A stretch of DNA of 64,000 nucleotides, taken from assembly GCA_051362555.1 (NCBI GenBank), contig CM120643.1:16434848-16498847 (forward strand). Reading direction: 5' to 3'. Within the stretch, counting starts at the first letter, position 1, and each line of letters begins with the position of its first letter. Source of the DNA: Lingula anatina. Its lineage: Eukaryota; Animalia; Brachiopoda. The notes beneath the pieces are model-generated. The model made no database searches and was not told the DNA's origin. It was given only the letters and a program-made list of their open reading frames with translations. This document shows positions 1 to 15,000 of the stretch, one piece after another. Both the position numbers and the translations under genes were made by a program.

Positions 1-3000
1 GATGCATTACTTTTGAATTTGCCAGTGAGAAGTGCTTTTTCAACGGCACCAGAAAGTCTGATGATTCAGTAAACAGGACAACAGCTTCAATTCCTTCAAC
101 TCAGCCTTTGTTTACATGTGAGGGAAAGGAAGACGGGCTATATCCTGACCACGAGTCTTGTCTTCGAGGTCACAACTGTACAGATAGTATTGATACAATA
201 GTCTCATGTAGCGGAAGCAGTTTCTGGGATGCTAATACAAATAACTGTGTCTCATACGATAAAATTACACTGGTGATTGACCAATGCTATGTAATACCTG
301 ATCATCCAAAGTATGGGCAACGTATACAACTGCAAACAACAATTTCCACCATAACGTATACAACAGGGGTTAGCAGAGACCCTGGTTCTCAAACACTATC
401 TACATTACCGACACAAAAAACAACAACTCCAGAATTAATCATGACAAATATGACAGCAACAGAACAGACAACTCTGTCGACAGAGAGTGCAGGGAGTCAA
501 GAGGCTACTGGCACGCTTTCTCCAACAACAACAAAAACAAGTACAAGTGGAAGTACACAGTCAACTATGAAAAGCAGACCTGGCGATGAAACAAGTACAC
601 AGACAACAACAGCAAACCCTGAAGATTTAAGTACTGTAGAACTAAACAAAGGGCAAACAACGTTCACACCTCCCAATCAAGCAGCACTTTCTACACTACC
701 TGTTACTGAAACGATATCTGAAAGAACAGGCTCATCATCATCATCATCAAAAATAGTGAATAGTACAGAAAGCTATGCTGTGACAGAGCAAACCAAATCC
801 ACACCCAGCCAAGCATCGCTCTCCATACCATCTGTTACTGGAACTACATCTATGAGAACGGGATCTACACCATCATCAACATTGGTGAGTAGCACAGAGA
901 GTTATTATGTGACAAGTGAAATTACCACAAAAATAACAAGAACACCATTTACCAGTATAACAACTAGAGCACCTCCAAGACCAAGTTATGTGTCATTTAC
1001 ATGCCGAGGAAAAACAAGTGGATTCTACCCTCATCCAGAGAACTGCATCAACTACTTCCATTGCAGTGGTGGACGTCTTATAGCTGCAACAAGTTGTGCA
1101 AAAAACACATTCTATGACAAAGATCGGAAAGACTGTCTCCCATATGATTTGGTTCAAGACGAATGTTACCCAGATGGAGTAAGGGTGATTTCAGGAGTCA
1201 CACATATCTATACAACCAGTACTCCTGGAACAAGCACCACTCCACTCTCAACATCTCCGTATAGGGTATCAACTACAACATACAGCAGTACATCAGCAAG
1301 CCAACCTTCACCAACTGACAGTGAGGTCACATGTGCTGATAAGAAGGATGGGATATACGCACTTCAGAATTGTAACATGTATTACCAGTGCACAAGTGGA
1401 AATGCAAAAGTACATCTATGTTCGCCGGCATCTTACTTTGATTCAGCCAGAAAGGCTTGTCTTTGGAAAGTACTTGTAAAAAGCCAGTGTTATTCAAATG
1501 GAACTAGGAAACTGCCTGCCACCACTCCCATACAAACCAGCTCTTCGACTTCATCACCACGCCCATCATCATCATCAATTACTCCTACTACAGGTTTTCA
1601 AATGACTACAGGTAAATTTAAATTACACAACAAAACATTGTGCAGTAATTATAAACACTGTGATGCCCTTTTACATATGCTTTACATACGTTTTACAAAA
1701 GTTTTGGTTGGTTTTTGGTTTGAATGCAATGCACCACATAATAGTCAAATAGGCCTTTATCATTATACTTCATCTAAGAATAATGTTTTAATAATCCCAT
1801 TGCAGGTTCAGACTTAACCTCCAAAGTATCACCAGAAAATTCCATCCCTTTATCCACAACCCAAACCCCCCTCCTGGCATCAATATTGGTTTCTTCTGAA
1901 TTGAGGACGGTCTCAATACCCAAGTCTACCACGACACCTTACTCCTCATATTCTGCTCCATATTCCTCTTACAAACCTGGTTCAAGTTTTACTGCATATA
2001 TTGCCACAATAAAATCCAGTATTAACCAAAGTAGGCAAAACACCACTGCGTCACATGTCAATTCTACCCCTACCTCTTTTCACCAAAGCAAAGGTATAAC
2101 CTCGCCACAGCAAAACAGGAGTGTCACTATCACAACCAAATCACAAGAGCAAAGTAAAACTACACATGACAGGGATAGCGCCACCTTATTACAAGACAAG
2201 AGTACCACAACTGTTCCACAAGACAAAAGTGGCCGATCACAACATAGGAGCACCACCAATTTACAATACAAGACTACTCCATCACAAGAAAGGAGTACAA
2301 CAATCGCAGCTGACCCATCTCAAGACAAAACGACTACCACCTCACCCCAAGAAGAGAGTACAGCTGCCACATCACAAGAAAAGACTAAAACCACCTCATT
2401 CCAATACAAAACGTCCACAACCTCACCACAAGACAAGCCTACCACCACCTCACCCCAAGACAAGAGTACCACTGCCACATCACAAGACAAAACTACCACA
2501 CGCCCAACCCAATACAAAACTACCACCACCTCACCACAAGACAAAAGGACCACTACTCCACCAAAAGACAAAACTACCACTACTTTACCACAAGACAAAA
2601 GTTCTGCCGCCCCATCACAATACAAAATTATCACCACTTCATCACAACACAAAACAACCGCCACCTTAACACAAGACAAGAATACCACAGCCAGATCACA
2701 GAAAACGACCAGCACCTCACCACAAGACAAAAGTACCACCATCTCACCACAAGACAAAAGTTCTGCCATTCCATCACAATACGAAATCAGCACCTCACCA
2801 GCAGACAAGAGTACCACTGCTCCATCTCAAGACAAAACTACCACCACCTCACCACAAGATAAGAGTTCCATCACCTCACTACAAGACAAGAGCACCACCA
2901 CCTCACCACAAGACAGGAGTACTGCTGCTCCACCACAAGACAAAGCTACCACTGCCTCATCACGAGACAATATAACCACCACCTTACAAGACAAGGGCAC

Positions 3001-6000
3001 CACCACTTCACCACAAGACAGGAGTACTGATGCTCCACCACAAGACAAAGCTACCACTACCTCTTCACAAGACAATATAACCGCCACCTTACAAGACAAG
3101 AGTACTACCACTTCACCACAAGACAGGAGTACTGCTGCTCCGCCACAAGACAGAGTAACCACTACCTCATCACAAGACAATATAACCACCACCTTCCAAG
3201 ACAAGAGTACTATCACTTCACCACAAGACAGGACTACTACTGCTCCGCCACAAGACAGAGTAACCACTACCTCATCACAAGACAATATAACCACCACCTT
3301 ACAAGACAAGGGCACCAACACTTCACCACAAGACAAGAGTACTGCTGCTCCACCACAAGACAAAGCTACCTCTACCTCATCACAAGGCAATATAGCCACC
3401 ACCTTACAAGACAAGGGCACCACCACTTCACCCCAAGACAGGAGTACTGCTGCTCCACCACAAGACAAAGCTACCACTACCTCATCACAAGACAATATAA
3501 CCACCACCTTACAAGAAAAGAGTACTACCACTTCACCACAAGACAGGAGTACTGATGCTCCACCACAAGACAAAGCTACCACTACCTCATCACAAGACAA
3601 TATAACCACCACCTTACAAGAAAAGAGTACTACCACTTCACCACAAGACAGGAGTACTGCTGCTCCACCACAAGACAAAGCTACAACTGCCTCATTACAA
3701 GACAATATAACCACCACCTTACAAGACAAGAGTACTACCACTTCACCACAAGACAGGAGTACTGCTGCTCCACCACAAGACAAAGCTACAACTGCCTCAT
3801 TACAAGACAATATAACCACCACCTTACAAGACAAGAGTACTTCCACCTCACCACAACACATGAGCACCACAATTTCTTCACAAGACAATAGCACAACAAA
3901 AGACAAGCATACCATGACATCACATCACGAGGCTACCTTATCACAGGAAAAGAGTACCACCGTCCCATCACTATACAAAAGTGCCGCAACAACAAAAGAC
4001 GAGAGAAACACAACCACAGCAAACGGCAAGAGCACCTCTGGGTCAAAATTTAAAACATCCAGCACCTCGCCATATGACAGGAGTACCAACACCACCCCAT
4101 TACAAGATAGGACTACCCAATCACAAGACGAAAGTTCCACCACCCCATCACAAGGCAAGAATACCATAACATTACCAAAACAAGACAAGACTACAGCATT
4201 ATTTAATACCACCACAATACCATACAAGAGTTCCACAAAATCACTGCAACAAAACAGAAACACAATATCCTCACAAGACAGGGAGACCAAATCCTCATCA
4301 TCTGTCAAAAATATTCCACCAAGTACCAATGTTTCTTTACCATTTTCTACATCAACAGCTCATTTTACAGCCGGCAAAACTGATTCCCCATCAGCTTCCC
4401 ATTCTTCCTTTTCTACTGCTCATTCATTAGAGTCGACTGAGCATCAAAACACTGCAACTCCTCTTTCTGCCACTACTGAGGGATCTGTTTATATGGATTT
4501 CACTTGCATAGGCCTGCCTGATGGTTGGTACCCTCACCTACATAGCTGTTTACTGTTCTATTCCTGTATCAATGAGTCCCTAGAAGTCCATTCATGTGAG
4601 CATGGGACGTTTTATGATTCTAACATCAGTAAATGTACAAATGTCAGCAATGTTTTTGATATCTGTTATCAAAATGGGACGCGAAAACAAGAGACTATAT
4701 TAAGCCAGCCAACAACTAAATTTATGCATACCATATTTTCAGGTTCAACAGGCCCCACACCACAAACATCTAAATATTTAAGCAGCTCTCTTACCACAGC
4801 AGCTACTCAATTACCAGTAGTTAATGCTACCACAAACCCACTTCAGAACAATAATACGACCAATCATACAAATGTGCCACTTTCCAGCTCTGCTACAATT
4901 TCTACTTTAGAGGCCAGTCCCCAATCCTTTACAACAGAAGCATCTGTTACTAATGATACAATTATCCCGCCTACCAAATCCTCTGGCAATACGACAGATT
5001 ATGGACTTCATAATATTTCTACAGTTGACAAAACAACAGTATCAAAAACAACCATCCCTCTTGTAACTAAAAATAGTGTCCCCTTGCCAAGTACCAAAAC
5101 GACTCCGTTTTCCCCCAGCATTGCCTTCAGTTGTAAAGGAAAACAGAATGACTTCCATCCCGACCCTTTCAACTGTTCCATTTTCTATTATTGCTTGAGA
5201 GGTTCTATACTAGGCAAATATGAATGCATTGATAACAAGAAATATTACGATGAGGAATATAAGAGTTGTAGAACCTTTTGGGATGTATATCCGCAGTGCC
5301 ATTATAATGGTTCAAGAGTCCAGCTTACGACAACAACAGCCCCAATAACCACTACAAAAGAAATACCTGATAGAACTTCCTACCCTTTCATGGTCAGCAC
5401 TTCCACAGCTCAGGCTAGTATCATATCCACAACTTCAGAAATTAATGTTACCAACTCTACAACACTTGCATCTGTTGAAACATCTTTTAGTGCCACAGGG
5501 TCTTCAACAAAAGAGGCTGGTTTGACATCTCAACCTACTGAAATGTATGTTTCTGACTCTACAGGAATTCCTACGGATACCGCTGTAAGACCCAATATTT
5601 CTACCATTCCACTAGTTGGAACCTCTTCTAGTTCCCCAGTGTCAAGTTCTGGTGATAGTTCTTCCAGTGTCACTGCTTCAGTGTCCCAAATGACAGACAC
5701 TTCACCAGACTACCAATTAAATCTTTCTTCAACAACTATAGCTACTGTAGAAACAACAATATCATCATCACCACCAATATTTGTTTTTAGTTGTGAAGGG
5801 AAGCGAAATGACTTCCATCCAGACCCTTTCAACTGTTCCATTTTCTATTATTGTTTGAGAGGTTCTATACTAGGCAAATATGAATGCATTGATAACAAGA
5901 AATATTACGATGAGGAATATAAGAGTTGTAGAACCTTTTGGGATGTATATCCGCAGTGCCATTATAATGGTTCAAGAGTCCAGCTTACGACAACAACAGC

Positions 6001-9000
6001 CCCAATAGCCACTACAAAAGAAATACCTGATAGAACTTCCTACCCTTTCATGGTCAGCACTTCCACATCTCAGGCTAATATCATATCCACAACTACAGAA
6101 ATTAATGTTACCAACTCTACAACACTTGCATCTGTTGAAACATCTTTTAGTGCCACAGGGTCTTCAACAAAAGAGGCTGGTTTGACATCTCAACCTACTG
6201 AAATGTATGTTTCTGACTCAACAGGAATTCCTACGGATACCACTGTTAGACCCAATATTTCTACCTTTCCATTAGTTGGAACCTCTTCTATTTTCCCAGT
6301 GTCGAGTTCTGGTGATAGTTCTTCCAGTGTCACTGCTTCAGTGTCCCAAACGATAGACACTTCACCAGACCACCAATTAAATCTTTCTTCAACAATTATA
6401 GCTACTGTAGAAACAACAATATCATCATCACCACCAATATTTGTTTTTAGTTGTGAAGGGAAACGAAATGACTTCCATCCAGACCCTTTCAACTGTTCCA
6501 TTTTCTATTATTGCTTGAGAGGTTCTATACTAGGCAAATATAAATGCATTGATAACAAGAAATATTACGATGAGGAATATAAGAGTTGTAGAACCTTTTG
6601 GGATGTATATCCGCAGTGCCATTATAATGGTTCAAGAGTCCAGCTTACAACAACAGCCCCAATAGCCACTACAAAAGAAATACCTGATAGAACTTCCTAC
6701 CCTTTCATGGTCAGCACTTCCACATCTCAGGCTAGTATCATATCCACAACTACAGAAATTAATGTTACCAACTCTACAACTCTTGCATCTGTTGAAACAT
6801 CTTTTAGTGCCACAGGGTCTTCAACAAAAGAGGCTGGTTTGACATCTCAACCTACTGAAATGTATGTTTCTGACTCTACAGGAATTCCTACGGATACCAC
6901 TGTAAGACCCAATATTTCTACCATTCCACTAGTTGGAACCTCTTCTAGTTCCCCAGTGTCAAGTTCTGGTGATAGTTCTTCCAGTGTCACTGCTTCAGTG
7001 TCCCAAATGACAGACACTTCACCAGACTACCAATTAAATCTTTCTTCAACAACTATAGCTACTGTAGAAACAACAATATCATCATCACCACCAGTATTTG
7101 TTTTTAGTTGTGAAGGGAAACGGAATGACTTCCATCCAGACCCTTATAACTGTTCCGTTTACTATTATTGCTTGAGAGGTTCTATACTAGACAAACATGA
7201 ATGCTTTGATAACAAGAAATATTATGATGAGGAATATAAGAGTTGTAGAACCTTTTGGGATGTATATCCCCAGTGCCATTATAATGGTTCAAGAGTCCAG
7301 CTTACAACAACGGCCCCAATAACCACTACAAAAGAAATACCTGATAGAACTTCCTACCCTTTCATGGTCAGCACTTCCACATCTCAGGCTAGTATCATAT
7401 CCACAACTACAGAAATTAATGTTACCAACTCTACAACACTTGCATCTGTTCAAACATCTTTCATTGCCACAGGGTCTTCAACAAAAGAGGCTGGTTTGAC
7501 ATCTCAACCTACTGAAATGTATGTTTCTGACTCTACAGGAATTCCTATGGATACCACTGTAAGACCCAATATTTCTACCATTCCAGTAGTTGGAACCTCT
7601 TCTAGTTCCCCAGTGTCGAGTTCTGGTGATAGTTCTTCCAGTGTCACTGCTTCAGTGTCTCAAACGACAGACACTTCACCAGACCACCAATTAAATCTTT
7701 CTTCAACAACTATAGCTACTGTAGAAACAACAATATCATCATCACCACCAGTATTTGTTTTTAGTTGTGAAGGGAAACGGAATGACTTCCATCCAGACCC
7801 TTATAACTGTTCCGTTTACTATTATTGCTTGAGAGGTTCTATACTAGACAAACATGAATGCTTTGATAACAAGAAATATTATGATGAGGAATATAAGAGT
7901 TGTAAAACCTTTTGGGATGTATATCCGCAGTGCCATTATAATGGTTCAAGAGTCCAGCTTACAACAACAACAGCCCCAATAACCACTACAAAAGAAATAC
8001 CTGATAGAACTTCCTACCCTTTCAATGTCAGCACTTCCACATCTCAGGCTAGTATCATATCCGAAACTTCTGAAATCTATGTTCCCGACTCTACAACAGT
8101 CGCATCTATTGAAACATCCCTTAGTACCCCAGGACCTCCAACAAGTGAGGCTGCTTTGACATCTCAAACTACTGAAATGTATGTCCCCGATTCTACAACA
8201 GTTGCATCTGTTGAAACATCTCTTAGTACCCCAGGATTTTCCACAAGTGAGGATGCTTTGACATCTCAAACTACTGAAATGTATGTCCCCGATTCTACAA
8301 CAGTTGCATCTGTTAAAACATCTTTTAGTGCCACAGGATCTTCAACAAGTGAGGATGCTTTGACATCTCAAACTACTGAAATGTATGCTTCCAACTCGCC
8401 AACAATTCCTACAGATACTAGTACTAGACCCAATATTTCTACCATACCATCTGTTGAAACATCTTCTAGTGCCCCACTGTCAAGTTCTGCTGATAGTTCT
8501 TTCAGTATGAGTGCTTCAGTGTCCCAAACGACAGACACTTCACCAGACCACCAATTACATCTTTCTTCAACAACTATAGCTACTGTAGAAACAACAATAT
8601 CATCATCACCACCAATATTTGTTTTTAGTTGTGAAGGGAAACGAAATGACTTCCATCCAGACCCTTTCAACTGTTCCATTTTCTATTATTGCTTGAGAGG
8701 TTCTATACTAGGCAAATATGAATGCATTGATAACAAGAAATATTATGATGAGGAATATAAGAGTTGTAGAACCTTTTGGGATGTATATCCGCAGTGCCAT
8801 TATAATGGTTCAAGAGTCCAGCTTACGACAACAACAGCCCCAATAACCACTACAAAAGAAATACCTGATAGAACTTCCTACCCTTTCATGGTCAGCACTT
8901 CCACAGCTCAGGCTAGTATCATATCCACAACTTCAGAAATTAATGTTACCAACTCTACAACACTTGCATCTGTTGAAACATCTTTTAGTGCCACAGGGTC

Positions 9001-12000
9001 TTCAACAAAAGAGGCTGGTTTGACATCTCAACCTACTGAAATGTATGTTTCTGACTCTACAGGAATTCCTACGGATACCACTGTTAGACCCAATATTTCT
9101 ACCATTCCACTAGCTGGAACCTCTTCTAGTTCCCCAGTGTCGAGTTTTGGTGATAGTTCTTCCAGTGTCACTGCTTCAGTGTCCCAAACGATAGACACTT
9201 CACCAGACCACCAATTAAATCTTTCTTCAACAACTATAGCTACTGTAGAAACAACAATATCATCATCACCACCAATATTTGTTTTTAGTTGTGAAGGGAA
9301 ACGAAATGACTTCCATCCAGACCCTTTCAACTGTTCCATTTTCTATTATTGCTTGAGAGGTTCTATACTAGGCAAATATGAATGCATTGATAACAAGAAA
9401 TATTATGATGAGGAATATAAGAGTTGTAGAACCTTTTGGGATGTATATCCGCAGTGCCATTATAATGGTTCAAGAGTCCAGCTTACGACAACAACAGCCC
9501 CAATAACCACTACAAAAGAAATACCTGATAGAACTTCCTACCCTTTCATGGTCAGCACTTCCACAGCTCAGGCTAGTATCATATCCACAACTTCAGAAAT
9601 TAATGTTACCAACTCTACAACACTTGCATCTGTTGAAACATCTTTTAGTGCCACAGGGTCTTCAACAAAAGAGGCTGGTTTGACATCTCAACCTACTGAA
9701 ATGTATGTTTCTGACTCTACAGGAATTCCTACGGATACCACTGTTAGACCCAATATTTCTACCATTCCACTAGTTGGAACCTCTTCTAATTCCCCAGTGT
9801 CGAGTTTTGGTGATAGTTCTTCCAGTGTCACTGCTTCAGTGTCCCAAACGATAGACACTTCACCAGACCACCAATTAAATCTTTCTTCAACAACTATAGC
9901 TACTGTAGAAACAACAATATCATCATCACCACCAATATTTGTTTTTAGTTGTGAAGGGAAACGAAATGACTTCCATCCAGACCCTTTCAACTGTTCCATT
10001 TTCTATTATTGCTTGAGAGGTTCTATACTAGGCAAATATGAATGCATTGATAACAAGAAATATTATGATGAGGAATATAAGAGTTGTAGAACCTTTTGGG
10101 ATGTATATCCGCAGTGCCATTATAATGGTTCAAGAGTCCAGCTTACGACAACAACAGCCCCAATAACCACTACAAAAGAAATACCTGATAGAACTTCCTA
10201 CCCTTTCATGGTCAGCACTTCCACAGCTCAGGCTAGTATCATATCCACAACTTCAGAAATTAATGTTACCAACTCTACAACACTTGCATCTGTTGAAACA
10301 TCTTTTAGTGCCACAGGGTCTTCAACAAAAGAGGCTGGTTTGACATCTCAACCTACTGAAATGTATGTTTCTGACTCTACAGGAATTCCTACGGATACCA
10401 CTGTTAGACCCAATATTTCTACCATTCCACTAGCTGGAACCTCTTCTAGTTCCCCAGTGTCGAGTTTTGGTGATAGTTCTTCCAGTGTCACTGCTTCAGT
10501 GTCCCAAACGACAGACACTTCACCAGACCACCAATTACATCTTTCTTCAACAACTATAGCTACTGTAGAAACAACAATATCATCATCACCACCAATATTT
10601 GTTTTTAGTTGTGAAGGGAAACGAAATGACTTCCATCCAGACCCTTTCAACTGTTCCATTTTCTATTATTGCTTGAGAGGTTCTATACTAGGCAAATATG
10701 AATGCATTGATAACAAGAAATATTATGATGAGGAATATAAGAGTTGTAGAACCTTTTGGGATGTATATCCGCAGTGCCATTATAATGGTTCAAGAGTCCA
10801 GCTTACAACAACAGCCCCAATAACCACTACAAAAGAAATACCTGATAGAACTTCCTACCCTTTCATGGTCAGCACTTCCACATCTCAGGCTAGTATCATA
10901 TCCACAACTACAGAAATTAATGTTACCAACTCTACAACACTTGCATCTGTTGAAACATCTTTTAGTGCCACAGGGTCTTCAACAATACAGGCTGGTTTGA
11001 CATCTCAACCTACTGAAATATATGTTTCTGACTCTACAGGAATTCCTACGGATACCACTGTTAGACCCAATATTTCTACCATTCCACTAGTTGGAACCTC
11101 TTCTAGTTCCCCAGTGTCGAGTTCTGGTGATAGTTCTTCCAGTGTCACTGCTTCAGTGTCCCAAACGACAGACACTTCACCAGACCACCAATTAAATCTT
11201 TCTTCAACAACTATAGCTACTGTAGAAACAACAATATCATCATCACCACCAATATTTGTTTTTAGTTGTGAAGGGAAACGAAATGACTTCCATCCAGACC
11301 CTTTCAACTGTTCCATTTTCTATTATTGCTTGAGAGGTTCTATACTAGGCAAATATGAATGCATTGATAACAAGAAATATTATGATGAGGAATATAAGAG
11401 TTGTAGAACCTTTTGGGATGTATATCCGCAGTGCCATTATAATGGTTCAAGAGTCCAGCTTACGACAACAACAGCCCCAGTAGCCACTACAAAAGAAATA
11501 CCTGATAGAACTTCCTACCCTTTCATGGTCAGCACTTCCACATCTCAGGCTAGTATCATATCCACAACTACAGAAATTAATGTTACCAACTCTACAACAC
11601 TTGCATCTGTTCAAACATCTTTCATTGCCACAGGGTCTTCAACAAAAGAGGCTGGTTTGACATCTCAACCTACTGAAATGTATGTTTCTGACTCCACAGG
11701 AATTCCTATGGATACCACTGTAAGACCCAATATTTCTACCATTCCAGTAGTTGGAACCTCTTCTAGTTCCCCAGTGTCGAGTTCTGGTGATAGTTCTTCC
11801 AGTGTCACTGCTTCAGTGTCTCAAACGACAGACACTTCACCAGACCACCAATTAAATCTTTCTTCAACAACTATAGCTACTGTAGAAACAACAATATCAT
11901 CATCACCACCAGTATTTGTTTTTAGTTGTGAAGGGAAACGGAATGACTTCCATCCAGACCCTTATAACTGTTCCGTTTACTATTATTGCTTGAGAGGTTC

Positions 12001-15000
12001 TATACTAGACAAACATGAATGCTTTGATAACAAGAAATATTATGATGAGGAATATAAGAGTTGTAGAACCTTTTGGGATGTATATCCGCAGTGCCATTAT
12101 AATGGTTCAAGAGTCCAGCTTACAACAACGGCCCCAATAACCACTACAAAAGAAATACCTGATAGAACTTCCTACCCTTTCATGGTCAGCACTTCCACAT
12201 CTCAGGCTAGTATCATATCCACAACTGCAGAAATTAATGTTACCAACTCTACAACACTTGCATCTGTTCAAACATCTTTCATTGCCACAGGGTCTTCAAC
12301 AAAAGAGGCTGGTTTGACATCTCAACCTACTGAAATGTATGTTTCTGACTCCACAGGAATTCCTATGGATACCACTGTAAGACCCAATATTTCTACCATT
12401 CCAGTAGTTGGAACCTCTTCTAGTTCCCCAGTGTCGAGTTCTGGTGATAGTTCTTCCAGTGTCACTGCTTCAGTGTCTCAAACGACAGACACTTCACCAG
12501 ACCACCAATTAAATCTTTCTTCAACAACTATAGCTACTGTAGAAACAACAATATCATCATCACCACCAGTATTTGTTTTTAGTTGTGAAGGGAAACGGAA
12601 TGACTTCCATCCAGACCCTTATAACTGTTCCGTTTACTATTATTGCTTGAGAGGTTCTATACTAGACAAACATGAATGCTTTGATAACAAGAAATATTAT
12701 GATGAGGAATATAAGAGTTGTAGAACCTTTTGGGATGTATATCCGCAGTGCCATTATAATGGTTCAAGAGTCCAGCTTACAACAACAACAGCCCCAATAA
12801 CCACTACAAAAGAAATACCTGATAGAACTTCCTACCCTTTCATGGTCAGCACTTCCACATCTCAGGCTAGTATCATATCCGAAACTTCTGAAATCTATGT
12901 TCCCGACTCTACAACAGTCGCATCTATTGAAACATCCCTTAGTACCCCAGGACCTCCAACAAGTGAGGCTGCTTTGACATCTCAAACTACTGAAATGTAT
13001 GTCCCCGATTCTACAACAGTTGCATCTGTTGAAACATCTCTTAGTACCCCAGGATTTTCCACAAGTGAGGATGCTTTGACATCTCAAACTACTGAAATGT
13101 ATGTCCCCGATTCTACAACAGTTGCATCTGTTAAAACATCTTTTAGTGCCACAGGATCTTCAACAAGTGAGGATGCTTTGACATCTCAAACTACTGAAAT
13201 GTATGCTTCCAACTCGCCAACAATTCCTACAGATACTAGTACTAGACCCAATATTTCTACCATACCATCTGTTGAAACATCTTCTAGTGCCCCACTGTCA
13301 AGTTCTGCTGATAGTTCTTTCAGTATGAGTGCCTCAGTGTCCCAAATAACAGACACTACAACATACCACCAACTAAATGTTTCTTCAACAACTATAGCTA
13401 CTGTAGAAACAGCAATATCATCATCACCACCAATATTTGTTTTTAGTTGTAAAGGGAAACGAAATGACTTCCATCCAGACCCTTATAACTGTTCCGTTTA
13501 CTATTATTGCTTGAGAGGTTCTATACTAGACAAACATGAATGCTTTGATAACAAGAAATATTATGATGAGGAATATAAGAGTTGTAGAACCTTTTGGGAT
13601 GTATATCCGCAGTGTCATTATAATGGTTCAAGAGTCCAGCTTACAACAACAGCCCCAATAACCACTACAAAAGAAATACCTGATAGAACTTCCTACCCTT
13701 TCAATGTCAGCACTTCCACATCTCAGGTTAGTATCATATCCCCAACTACTGAAATCTATGTTCCCGTCTCTACAACAGTTGCATCTATTGAAACATCCCT
13801 TAGTACCCCAGGACCTCCAACAAGTGAGGCTGCTTTGACATCTCAAACTACTGAAATGTATGTCCCCGATTCTACAATAGGTGCATCTGTTGAAACATCT
13901 CTTAGTACCCCAGGATCTTCCACAAGTGAGGATGCTTTGACATCTCAAACTACTGAAATGTATGTCCCCGATTCTACAACAGTTGCATCTGTTAAAACAT
14001 CTTTTAGTGCCACAGGATCTTCAACAAGTGAGGATGCTTTGACATCTCAAACTACTGAAATGTATGCTTCCAACTCGCCAACAATTCCTACAGATACTAG
14101 TACTAGACCCAATATTTCTACCATACCATCTGTTGAAACATCTTCTAGTGCCCCACTGTCAAGTTCTGCTGATAGTTCTTTCAGTATGAGTGCCTCAGTG
14201 TCCCAAATAACAGACACTACAACATACCACCAACTAAATGTTTCTTCAACAACTATAGCTACTGTAGAAACAACAATATCATCATCACCACCAATATTTG
14301 TTTTTAGTTGTGAAGGGAAACGAAATGACTTCCATCCAGACCCTTATAACTGTTCCGTTTACTATTATTGCTTGAGAGGTTCTATACTAGACAAACATGA
14401 ATGCTTTGATAACAAGAAATATTATGATGAGGAATATAAGAGTTGTAGAACCTTTTGGGATGTATATCCGCAGTGTCATTATAATGGTTCAAGAGTCCAG
14501 CTTACAACAACAGCCCCAATAACCACTACAAAAGAAATACCTGATAGAACTTCCTACCCTTTTATGGTCAGCACTTCCACATCTCAGGTTAGTATCATAT
14601 CCCCAACTACTGAAATCTATGTTCCCGACTCTACAACAGTTGCATCTATTGAAACATCCCTTAGTACCCCAGGACCTCCAACAAGTGAGGCTGCTTTGAC
14701 ATCTCAAACTACTGAAATGTATGTCCCCGATTCTACAACAGGTGCATCTGTTGAAACATCCCTTAGTACCCCAGGATCTTCAACAAGTGAGGATGCTTTG
14801 ACATCTCAAACTACTGAAATGTATGTCCCCGATTCTACAACAGTTGCATCTGTTGAAACATCTTTTAGTGCCACAGGAGCTTCAACAAGTGAGGATGCTT
14901 TGACATCTCAAACTACTGAAATGTATGCTTCCAACTCGTCAACAATTCCTACGGATACTAGTACTAGACCCAATATTTCTACCATACCATCTGTTGAAAC

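Noticed and set aside
108-1817. ORF 108-1817 and ORF 1886-16075 as two separate genes
   Set aside because: Both start at TTG in the track, lack signal peptides, and are joined in frame by the GT..AG intron 1612-1805; their C-terminal tails are intron read-through.
2180-3900. Short regularly spaced repeats superficially like a CRISPR array
   Set aside because: In-frame coding repeats in a eukaryotic exon; no unique spacers and no cas genes.
2080-14707. Many antisense and alternate-frame ORFs (VVVLSC-rich, MEQLKGSGWK..., MRCQS...)
   Set aside because: Shadows of the repetitive Thr/Ser-rich sense frame; they recur with the repeat period and have no independent features.
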